Shown here: in pieces, positions 8,889 through 16,894 of the stretch | Layout of the letters: each line of letters begins with the position of its first letter | How positions within the stretch are numbered: position 1 is the stretch's first letter | Assembly (NCBI GenBank): GCA_965657355.1 | Contig: CBFHOE010000003.1 | Span: forward strand, 218,170-242,800 | DNA from: Limisphaerales bacterium | Lineage (GTDB): Bacteria > Verrucomicrobiota > Verrucomicrobiia > Limisphaerales > JAJOIW01 | Length of the DNA: 24,631 bases | Direction of reading: 5' to 3' | Translations under genes and position numbers: made by a program | Notes under the pieces: model-generated | Databases searched by the model: none | The model's input: the letters and a program-made list of their open reading frames with translations, nothing else | What the model was told of the DNA's origin: nothing

Positions 8889-8994
8889 GCATATGATTTG
8901 TAAGTCGGAGGAGATTTCCGGCGAAATAGAAACAGGACTAAGGATTAATTTTCCAGATACTGATTTAAATGGTTAAATGATAGAAAGGTAACAA

Positions 8995-9534
8995 ATGAAA
9001 AAATTAACATCATTATTATTCGCTGTGGCACTTGTCGGAGGTATGTCTCTTTGTTTTGACGCTGATGCAAAAGGCGGGCGCAAACCTAAGCCGCCGAAGC
9101 ATTCAAAGCCGCATGGTCCAAAAGTGGACCCTCGTGGAGGTGGAATACTCAAAGATATTGAGCTTCCGGAGGATATTAAGTCCATGGTTGATGAACTAAA
9201 AGAGGCCAGCGATGAATTTCGTTCTGGGCAAAAGGAACTTCACGATCAATTCAAAGATGCAACGGGTGAACAAAAGAAAGAACTCATTACTCAAGCTCGC
9301 GAAAATGCAAAAGCATTCAGAGACGAAATGAAAGATCTCAAAAAAGAAATACATTCAAGAATTAGAGAGCTGGCCGAAAATAATTCCGAATTTGCCGATG
9401 TTTTAAAAGCGGCAAAAGAAGAGGCAAAAGAAAACAGGCGAAGAGGGCGCGGAAAGAAGGATGACAAGAACAGGCCTGAAAAGCCTGAAGCCCCTGAGGC
9501 TCCTGAGGTCCCTGAAATTCCAGAAGTTGAGTAA
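8995..9534 (+). CDS. Secreted alpha-helical hypothetical protein B (paralog of 3005..3604)
   Basis: RBS GAAAGGT; signal peptide ending ..DADA; K/P-rich N-terminus, charged helical core, (P-E-x)6 tail. Confidence 0.88.
   Translation: MKKLTSLLFAVALVGGMSLCFDADAKGGRKPKPPKHSKPHGPKVDPRGGGILKDIELPEDIKSMVDELKEASDEFRSGQKELHDQFKDATGEQKKELITQARENAKAFRDEMKDLKKEIHSRIRELAENNSEFADVLKAAKEEAKENRRRGRGKKDDKNRPEKPEAPEAPEVPEIPEVE
9475..9528 (+). repeat. In-frame 9-bp tandem repeat x6 encoding PEK-PEA-PEA-PEV-PEI-PEV
   Basis: CCTGAAAAG CCTGAAGCC CCTGAGGCT CCTGAGGTC CCTGAAATT CCAGAAGTT. Confidence 0.85.
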
Positions 9535-9603
9535 ATCATACGGAGGAACTTGATTCCTCAAAAATTGAAGGAACGTATGTTTCTTCCCATAACCAAACCC
9601 TGA

Positions 9604-9637
9604 GGGGCGTATTTATTCAATACGTCCCACTTTTATT
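9604..9637 (+). terminator. Probable intrinsic terminator after 8995..9534
   Basis: GGGGCGTATT-TATTC-AATACGTCCC 10-bp stem (one G-U) followed by ACTTTTATT. Confidence 0.6.
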
Positions 9638-9719
9638 AGAAGGACTAGATTCAGATATAATAACAAATCCTCATTGGTTTAATGTATTAATTTGATCCGA
9701 TGTAAAAGATTGAAACGAT

Positions 9720-11840
9720 ATGAAGAGATTTGAAAACGGGAACTGGGCGATGATCATCATTACGATGCTGTTTTTTTCGTTGTGCAGGTTGGTTATTGGA
9801 ATAGATAGTAATAATGTGTCATGGCGCTGGTCTAATCCAGAACCTCATGGGACTGACATCTATGACTTCATTATCATCGGTGAAACAGGTATACAAGTCG
9901 GAGAGTTAGGTAATATTTTTTGGTCATCCGATAAGCAGAACTGGAATAACATTAATGTGGGTTATGATTTTTCTCTTCGTTCCATAGCCATTTTTGATGG
10001 ACGTTATTACATTGGAGCGGAATCGGGGAGAATCTTCGTGACCGATGACCTGTTATCTTTTTCGGTCATCGATTTAAACACCGATGACTGGATTGAAGGG
10101 ATAGCTGCCTCATCGTCCTTAATAGTTGCCGTTGGAGATAATGGTTCCATTTACACTTCTGAGGATGGGGTGGTTTGGACAGCAAGAAATTCAGGGACAT
10201 CAGAGTGGCTTCGTGACATTGAATTTGGTGGTAATCGATTCGTGGCTGTGGGGGAAAATGGAACCATAATTACAAGTTTTAACGGAGTTAGCTGGTCACT
10301 CATTTCATCAAGCACGACACAGAATCTTAATGCGGTCGCAAATAATGGGTTAAATAAGTTTGCTATTGCTGGAGATTCCGGCGTCCTCCTGACGAGCTCT
10401 AATGGGACTTCCTGGTCACCCGTAAATACGAATACTACAAAGGATTTATTAACAGTATCTTCAAGCCCTACTGATTTTTTAGCTGCCGGCGAAAATACAG
10501 CCTTGGCTATCAATTCTTCTGGGCGAGTAACAATTGAAACTGACGCCACTATTCAGGGCAAACTACCAGAATATCTATGGCAGTCCTCCGCGTATAGCGA
10601 TGGAAGCTGGTATCTTACTGGTAGTGCCGGATTGAACTACTCTGGAAATATACCTTCGGACGGTTCATCCATTTCTTGGTCTACAACAGACCAATCTCTC
10701 AGGAGCTGGATTTGGGATATGGCGGTTGTCGATGATCAATTATTCGCAGTCGGTGATTTTGGAACCGTACTCGTTTCTTCTGATGGCATATCTTGGGATA
10801 GTCGAATTGTGCCTGAGGAGATAACAAATAAACTCATTCTCAGTGTGTCTGGATCAAATAAGGGACTGGTTGCATGTGGAGTTGATGGTTTGGTTTTGTT
10901 TTCTCCTAGTGAACTCGTTTCTTCCGAGGAGGTTGAAATTATCGATGGCCAGGAAGTGACTGTAGTAAAAGAATTGTTAGTGCCAGGTATCAATTGGAAC
11001 CAGGTTGAGATCCCAGGAGTAAGCGGAGACCTCAAGGGGTCCACCTTCCATCAGGGCTTTTATTATTTATGTGGTGAAGCTGGGCTCATTTTAAGGAGTG
11101 AAAATGGAACAGAGTGGACTTCCATGGACTCCGGCACATCAGAATTTCTCAGCGGTATAAGTGCCAAAGGAAATACTTTGGTTGCTGTAGGTCGTTCAGG
11201 GAAGTTGGTAAGATCAATGGACCAAGGAGATTCTTGGCAAAGTGTGCCAGCGTTTACAAATAATTGGCTGCTGCAAATTCGCTGCCTCAATGATAAGTAT
11301 TACGCCGTTGGTCAAGGAGGGGTTGTTGCCTGCAGTGAAAATGGGGCCACTTGGGCAATTGCTGATACTCCAAGCTCAACTGCTTTTATAAACGATATTA
11401 CTTTTTACAACGGAGTTTTTTATGCTTCTGGCACGCTGGGGAGGGTCTGGCAAAGCGTCAATGGAAATGAATGGCAATCTTTGCCAACAAATACTTCCAA
11501 GTCTCTTTACACTTTATCACCATTCAACGGGCGATTGATTGTAGCTGGTATCGAGGGAGTAATTATTCGAACCCCTTTTACCGAATTCAAAGACCCCTTA
11601 TCCATACAAGCTTTTCAAAAGATTGCTTATGAAGATCAGGATTATTTTGGTTTCTTGATCCAAGGTAAAACGGACCAATTATTTACTTTTGAATACTCCT
11701 CAAATTTGTCTGACACATGGGAGGTTTTTATTCAAAACGCAGAAATAACCGAGCGTGATGGTACGGCAAGTCTATTGATGCCTGTCACAGAAGATCCCGA
11801 AAAGATTTTTTTCAGAGTGAGCCCTTACCAGAGTCAATAA
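9720..11840 (+). CDS. Secreted BNR/Asp-box (Ycf48-like) repeat beta-propeller protein 2 with C-terminal domain
   Basis: Signal-like N-terminus, WRWSNPEPHG motif (WMWSHPKPHG in paralog), ~14 propeller repeats, C-terminal ...FFRVSP domain. Confidence 0.9.
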   Translation: MKRFENGNWAMIIITMLFFSLCRLVIGIDSNNVSWRWSNPEPHGTDIYDFIIIGETGIQVGELGNIFWSSDKQNWNNINVGYDFSLRSIAIFDGRYYIGAESGRIFVTDDLLSFSVIDLNTDDWIEGIAASSSLIVAVGDNGSIYTSEDGVVWTARNSGTSEWLRDIEFGGNRFVAVGENGTIITSFNGVSWSLISSSTTQNLNAVANNGLNKFAIAGDSGVLLTSSNGTSWSPVNTNTTKDLLTVSSSPTDFLAAGENTALAINSSGRVTIETDATIQGKLPEYLWQSSAYSDGSWYLTGSAGLNYSGNIPSDGSSISWSTTDQSLRSWIWDMAVVDDQLFAVGDFGTVLVSSDGISWDSRIVPEEITNKLILSVSGSNKGLVACGVDGLVLFSPSELVSSEEVEIIDGQEVTVVKELLVPGINWNQVEIPGVSGDLKGSTFHQGFYYLCGEAGLILRSENGTEWTSMDSGTSEFLSGISAKGNTLVAVGRSGKLVRSMDQGDSWQSVPAFTNNWLLQIRCLNDKYYAVGQGGVVACSENGATWAIADTPSSTAFINDITFYNGVFYASGTLGRVWQSVNGNEWQSLPTNTSKSLYTLSPFNGRLIVAGIEGVIIRTPFTEFKDPLSIQAFQKIAYEDQDYFGFLIQGKTDQLFTFEYSSNLSDTWEVFIQNAEITERDGTASLLMPVTEDPEKIFFRVSPYQSQ

Positions 11841-11865
11841 CGCCGACAAATATTATATTTTGTGC

Positions 11866-11994
11866 TTAATTGACACGGTAGTTCCACTCTTCCATTCTAT
11901 ACTTTTGTCTCGCTAATTCTTTGGCTTTTTTATGACAATTTTTCCAAATATCTGATGATAAAGATTCATGAGCCTGCCATGTTTCTTTTAGTAG
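11866..11994 (-). pseudogene. Out-of-frame 3' end of the lipoate-protein ligase gene
   Basis: Shifted frame reads LLKETWQAHESLSSDIWKNCHKKAKELARQKYRMEEWNYRVN*, containing the LA..KY...EWN motif that ends LplA catalytic domains; 11866..12604 is 739 nt (3n+1). Confidence 0.7.
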
Positions 11995-12604
11995 TATGGA
12001 TGAGTTTTTCGGGTGAAGCTGGAAAATTATGCACAAATTCATTATGAGACTTATTTTCTCTGTATTCAGGGGTTATTGCTGGAAACTTCAAGTATCGTGA
12101 AATTAATTCCAATCTAAACGAATGAAGAAGTGTGCCATGAAATAAAATTGTATTTCTTTTTCTTCTCTGAGCGTTTCCTGAAAATTTTTTGTTTTGGAAG
12201 ACCAAATCTGTGATCCCATTGATTTTAATTTCCTGCCCAAATGCATCTCTTAAAGCCAGAGCCAGTTTTTTCATCATGAATTCATTTGTTGAGGTGACTG
12301 TAGACAGCTGTTTTTCAGAATCAATGGGTAGGATAATGGAATAATTCAGGCAGCCTGGGCCTTGAACTACAGTCCCTCCACCTGAAATGCGCCGTATCAC
12401 AGGAACATCGTCCTGATGGCATCGGTCGACAAATATTTCAGTTTGGATACGATTCGAGAAGCCTGGAACAACAAAATATTTCTCCGACTCCCATGTCGCT
12501 AAGACCCCGTGACCTGGATTTTGGCTTTCTGCCCAATCTAAAAGGGCCTCGTCATGGGCGATTAGTTCCCACGGATCGTCAATATATTGATGAAGGTATT
12601 TCAT
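11966..12604 (-). CDS. lplA: Lipoate-protein ligase family protein (LplA/LipM-type catalytic domain), truncated by a frameshift
   Basis: DEALL, RRISGGGTV, TD...NKKFSGNAQRR, HGTLL motifs; divergent from the PDH operon. Confidence 0.88.
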   Translation of the reverse strand: MKYLHQYIDDPWELIAHDEALLDWAESQNPGHGVLATWESEKYFVVPGFSNRIQTEIFVDRCHQDDVPVIRRISGGGTVVQGPGCLNYSIILPIDSEKQLSTVTSTNEFMMKKLALALRDAFGQEIKINGITDLVFQNKKFSGNAQRRKRNTILFHGTLLHSFRLELISRYLKFPAITPEYRENKSHNEFVHNFPASPEKLIHTTKRNMAGS

Positions 12605-12732
12605 TTGTTTCGGACAAAAAACAAGGTATTATAAACAAGCTACGGGCACGAACCAAAGCATTCAGCACGACTATTCGTGATGGAATTTACACTTAATATC
12701 CAGCAGGATATGCCCGAAATAGTCCATATATA

Positions 12733-15414
12733 GTGAAAACGATAGACCTACCAGATCAAAGCCAGGATTCGGAAAAGTTACTGGAGTCACTCGAAGTGAT
12801 CATTCGCCAGTTATTGCACTCAAATGCTCAAAGTGAAAGGCTGCCGCAGCTACTAGACGATTTAACTATGGAATTACGCCAGGGTGGACTTGATGTTCCT
12901 CCTCTGACCCGCACTCCTTACATCAATACCATAGATCCCGAAGATCAGCCCGAATACCCGGGCGATGTTGAAATAGAAAACAGAATTAAAAGCTACATTC
13001 GGTGGAACGCAATGGCTATGGTGGTAGCTGCTAACCACAAGCACGATGGACTCGGCGGTCATATCTCTACCTATGCTTCAAGCGCGACCTTATACGAAGT
13101 TCCCTTCAATCACTTCTTTAGAGGAGCCAATGGCGACTTTCCCGGTGACATCGTTTACTTTCAGGGCCACGCCTCCCCTGGGCCATATGCCAGGGCTTAT
13201 CTAGAAGGTCGCCTGGATGATCAAAAATTAGGCAACTTCCGTCAGGAACTTCACGAAGGTGGAGGATTATCCTCTTACCCTCACCCTTATTTAATGCCTG
13301 ATTTTTGGCAGTTTCCCACAGTTTCCATGGGCCTAGGCCCCATTATGTCTATTTATCAGGCTAGATTTAATAGATACCTAGAAGCTCGGAATATTATACG
13401 TCCCGAAAACCAGCCTCATGTTTATTGTTATGTTGGGGATGGAGAGTCTGACGAGCCTGAAACTCAAGGAGCCCTCACAATGGCAGGACGCGAGAAGCTC
13501 GATAACCTAACATGGGTTGTCAATTGTAACCTCCAGAGGCTTGATGGGCCAGTGCGCGGTAACGCCAAAATAATCCAGGAATTGGAAGGGCTTTTCCGGG
13601 GAGCTGGTTGGAACGTCATCAAAGTGATTTGGGGGTCCGATTGGGACGAGCTGCTTCGAAAAGATACAAAAGGTTTACTTCTGAAAAGAATGGAAGAAAC
13701 CGTCGATGGGGAATATCAAAAGTATTCCGTAGAATCCGGCAGCTTTATCCGCAAAAATTTCTTTGGAAAATACCCTGAGCTCCACCGGATGGTTGATCAC
13801 CTCACGGATGATAAACTGACACGTATGCTTCGCGGTGGACACGATCCGCTTAAAGTTTTTGCCGCCTATAAAGCAGCCCTGGAGTTCAAAGGAAAGCCAA
13901 CCGTTATTCTTGCCAAAACTATCAAAGGCTATGGTTTGGGTGAAGCTGGTGAAGGCAGGAACATCACTCATCAGCAAAAAAAGTTAAATGAGAAAGAATT
14001 AAGGGTTTTTCGCGATAGATTCAAAGTCCCTATAAATGATGATGAAATCGCTGGCTCGCCATTTTATCGCCCAAGCGATGACAGCGAGGAAATGAAATAC
14101 CTTCATGCACGCAGGCAAGAGCTCGGCGGATACTTGCCCAAACGCACTGTGAAAGCAGAAAAACTCGAAGTCCCAAAACTTGAGGATTTCAAACAATTTT
14201 TTGCAGGTTCAGGAGGAAAAGCTACCTCATCAACTCAAGCTTTCGTTCGTCTTCTCGCCCCAATACTGAGAAACAAAAAAATTGGCAAGAACGTCGTTCC
14301 CATCATTCCAGATGAGGCTCGGACATTCGGAATGGATGGTTTATTCAGAGAAGTTGGGATCTATTCCTCCAAGGGTCAGGTCTATGATCCCGTGGACAGT
14401 AAAGAATTGGCCTATTACCGGGAAGAGAAAGACGGTCAAATTTTGGAGGAAGGAATCACGGAAGCCGGTGCCATGTCCTCATTCATTGCTGCCTCTACCG
14501 CTTACTCCACCCACGGTGTCAATATGATCCCTTTTTATATTTACTACTCCATGTTTGGCTTCCAGCGAGTTGGAGATCAGATGTGGCTGTGTGGAGACAT
14601 CAAAGCGAAAGGTTTTTTGCTCGGAGCTACAGCCGGTCGGACCACTCTTAACGGTGAAGGTCTCCAGCACCAGGACGCCCACAGTTTGCTCTGCGCAAGT
14701 ACTATACCGACCCTTTATGCATACGACCCGGCTTTCGCCTACGAGTTAGCTGTCATCATTCAGGATGGAATGAGGCGGATGTACCAAGAAGGTGAGGAAA
14801 TTTTTTACTACATCCAGCTCTACAATGAAAATATGCCCATGCCGCCAATGCCGGAAGGTGTTGAGGAAGGCATTTTGAAGGGGATATACAAGTATCAGGA
14901 TGGTCCGGTGGGGCAAGAGCACAAGGCCCAAATCTTTGGCTCAGGTCCAATTATTAATAGTGCTCTTGAGGCGCAAAAAATTCTGGCAGAAAAATATAAT
15001 GTTTCTGCCGATGTATGGAGCGTGACAAATTACAAGCAGCTGAGAACAGAAGCTCTAAGATGTCGCCGGTCCAATATGCTCCACCCGCAAGATCAGCCGC
15101 AAAAATCCTTCCTTGAAAAAGCTCTCGAAGGGTCCCAAGGGCCATTCGTCGCAGTTTCTGATGCGCTCAAAATAGTCGCTGATCAAATACGCGAATGGGT
15201 GCCAGGTTATTATTTAACGCTTGGAACAGATGGATTTGGGCGAAGCGACACTCGCGAAGAACTCAGAAGATTTTTTGAAATCGACACGGAATCAACCGTC
15301 ATAGCGGTTCTCTATTCACTGAGCCAAGAGGGTAAAATCCCTTCTTCTGTCGTCAAACAAGCCATAACTGACCTTAAGGTTGATCCAGAAAAATCATTCG
15401 GCTATTGCGAGTAA
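12733..15414 (+). CDS. aceE: Pyruvate dehydrogenase E1, homodimeric type
   Basis: IRWNAMAMV, GGHISTYASSA, FQGHASPG.YARAYLEGR, FPTVSMGLGP, TPP motif GDGESDEPE...NCN, GRTTLNGEGLQHQD, LGTDGFGRSDTR; GTG start. Confidence 0.97.
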   Translation: MKTIDLPDQSQDSEKLLESLEVIIRQLLHSNAQSERLPQLLDDLTMELRQGGLDVPPLTRTPYINTIDPEDQPEYPGDVEIENRIKSYIRWNAMAMVVAANHKHDGLGGHISTYASSATLYEVPFNHFFRGANGDFPGDIVYFQGHASPGPYARAYLEGRLDDQKLGNFRQELHEGGGLSSYPHPYLMPDFWQFPTVSMGLGPIMSIYQARFNRYLEARNIIRPENQPHVYCYVGDGESDEPETQGALTMAGREKLDNLTWVVNCNLQRLDGPVRGNAKIIQELEGLFRGAGWNVIKVIWGSDWDELLRKDTKGLLLKRMEETVDGEYQKYSVESGSFIRKNFFGKYPELHRMVDHLTDDKLTRMLRGGHDPLKVFAAYKAALEFKGKPTVILAKTIKGYGLGEAGEGRNITHQQKKLNEKELRVFRDRFKVPINDDEIAGSPFYRPSDDSEEMKYLHARRQELGGYLPKRTVKAEKLEVPKLEDFKQFFAGSGGKATSSTQAFVRLLAPILRNKKIGKNVVPIIPDEARTFGMDGLFREVGIYSSKGQVYDPVDSKELAYYREEKDGQILEEGITEAGAMSSFIAASTAYSTHGVNMIPFYIYYSMFGFQRVGDQMWLCGDIKAKGFLLGATAGRTTLNGEGLQHQDAHSLLCASTIPTLYAYDPAFAYELAVIIQDGMRRMYQEGEEIFYYIQLYNENMPMPPMPEGVEEGILKGIYKYQDGPVGQEHKAQIFGSGPIINSALEAQKILAEKYNVSADVWSVTNYKQLRTEALRCRRSNMLHPQDQPQKSFLEKALEGSQGPFVAVSDALKIVADQIREWVPGYYLTLGTDGFGRSDTREELRRFFEIDTESTVIAVLYSLSQEGKIPSSVVKQAITDLKVDPEKSFGYCE

Positions 15415-15508
15415 ATCCGATTTTTTTCGGTTTCTTGAAAGAATTTTACATTTCGGCTGGAAAAAAGTTTGTTCAGCGGGAATTATATACATGTAATAGG
15501 CTTAACTG

Positions 15509-15540
15509 AAGCCGGCCAATAAAGGTCGGTTTTCGTTTTT
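15509..15540 (+). terminator. Terminator-like hairpin inside the aceE-aceF spacer
   Basis: AAGCCGGCC-AATAAA-GGTCGGTTT (two G-U pairs) followed by TCGTTTTT, 14 nt before the aceF ATG. Confidence 0.4.
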
Positions 15541-15554
15541 CAGAACTCTAGAAT

Positions 15555-16865
15555 ATGCAGGTTAAGTTACCAAATTTGGGCGAAGCAGCAGGAGCCATCC
15601 CTGTTGCAAGCGTATTAGTCAGTGTCGGCGACACCGTTGAAATCGATCAAACCATTCTCGAATTGGAGATGGATAAATCTGTGGTGCCTGTGCCATCTAC
15701 TGCCGCTGGGACAGTGACGGCGGTTAATGTTGCTGTCGGTGATCAAGTCAGCGTGGGTGATACTATCATGGAAGTGGACGGAGGAGGTTCTTCCGCAGAT
15801 TCAGAAAGTGTAGCCCCCGTGGTTCAAAGCACTCCGGCCCCGGCCCCGGCTGCTCCACCGGCCGCCTCTCCGAGACCCAGCAGGCGAGGAAACCTCTCTA
15901 TCGAAGACTTCGATTTTGAGGAGGAGGTCGACCCTAACGCCCCCATGCCGCCCGCTTCGCCTTCCGTGAGGCGTACTGCTAGGGAAATCGGAGTAGACAT
16001 CCGCAAAATTAAGGGATCAGGCGGCGGTGGAAGAGTCATCATGTCTGACCTCAAAACATACGTGCGCTGGTGCCAAATGATGGCCTTTCGTCAAGCCGGT
16101 GAGGCCGCCAAGGAAGGCATATTCCAGCCAAGGTCAAAGCCAAGTATCGATTTTAGCCAATTTGGTGATATTTCCAAAAAACCGATTTCGGCACTCAGGA
16201 AGGTCATTGCCGAGCGAATGGTGGAAAATAAGCAAACGCTTCCTCACGTTACTCAATTTGATAACATTGATATCACTGACCTGAACGCCCTCCGCAAGAA
16301 GATTGCTCCCTCTTACAAAGAAAAGGGCACGAATTTAACCATGACGGTTATTACTGTTATGGCCATCGTTAAGGCGCTTCAAAAGCATCCTTTATTTAAT
16401 GCTTCTATCGACGATGTTACCGAAGAAATAATTATTAAGGAGTATTATCACATCGGAATGGCCGTTGATTCAGAGGCAGGCCTCATGGTTCCCGTCATAC
16501 GTGATGCCGACAAAAAATCCCCACTTGAAATAGCACAGGACCTCACACAACTCGCTGGTAAGGTTCGAGAAAGGTCTATTTCGGGTGATGACATGAAAGG
16601 AGGAAGCTTCACAATCTCTAATCAGGGGGCTATCGGTGGTGCTCACTTTACTCCAATCATAAACAAACCCGAATCTGCAATACTCGGGGTAGGCCAAAGT
16701 TCCCTTCAGGCGTCAGTCGTCAATAATGAGATACTACCAAGACTCATCATGCCAATCACCATCTCTTACGATCATAGATTGATCGATGGGGGTGAAGCGG
16801 CACGCTTTACCGTGGACCTGAAATCTGCTTTCGCAGAATTAACAGAAAAAGAACTCAGCTTATAA
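15555..16865 (+). CDS. aceF: Dihydrolipoamide acetyltransferase E2 of PDH (single lipoyl domain)
   Basis: Lipoyl motif LEMDKS, Pro/Ala linker, E3-binding domain ASPSVRR.A.E.GVD...GSG.GGRV, catalytic DHRLIDG; sits between aceE and lpdA. Confidence 0.95.
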   Translation: MQVKLPNLGEAAGAIPVASVLVSVGDTVEIDQTILELEMDKSVVPVPSTAAGTVTAVNVAVGDQVSVGDTIMEVDGGGSSADSESVAPVVQSTPAPAPAAPPAASPRPSRRGNLSIEDFDFEEEVDPNAPMPPASPSVRRTAREIGVDIRKIKGSGGGGRVIMSDLKTYVRWCQMMAFRQAGEAAKEGIFQPRSKPSIDFSQFGDISKKPISALRKVIAERMVENKQTLPHVTQFDNIDITDLNALRKKIAPSYKEKGTNLTMTVITVMAIVKALQKHPLFNASIDDVTEEIIIKEYYHIGMAVDSEAGLMVPVIRDADKKSPLEIAQDLTQLAGKVRERSISGDDMKGGSFTISNQGAIGGAHFTPIINKPESAILGVGQSSLQASVVNNEILPRLIMPITISYDHRLIDGGEAARFTVDLKSAFAELTEKELSL

Positions 16866-16894
16866 AACCCACTCAGTAATTTCAGATAGCGCAC

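Noticed and set aside
7103..11290. Several 70-130 aa antisense ORFs inside the propeller and protein-B genes (similar ones occur in aceE, lpdA, marR and the EEP gene)
   Set aside because: Shadow frames of well-supported genes on the opposite strand.
6612..11840. Photosystem II assembly factor Ycf48 as the function of the propellers
   Set aside because: Only the repeat type is shared; the proteins are about twice as long and there is no photosynthesis context.
12644..12661. GGGCACGAACCAAAGCA upstream of aceE as a sigma-54 promoter
   Set aside because: GG-to-GC spacing is 11, not the strictly required 10, and no enhancer motif is nearby.
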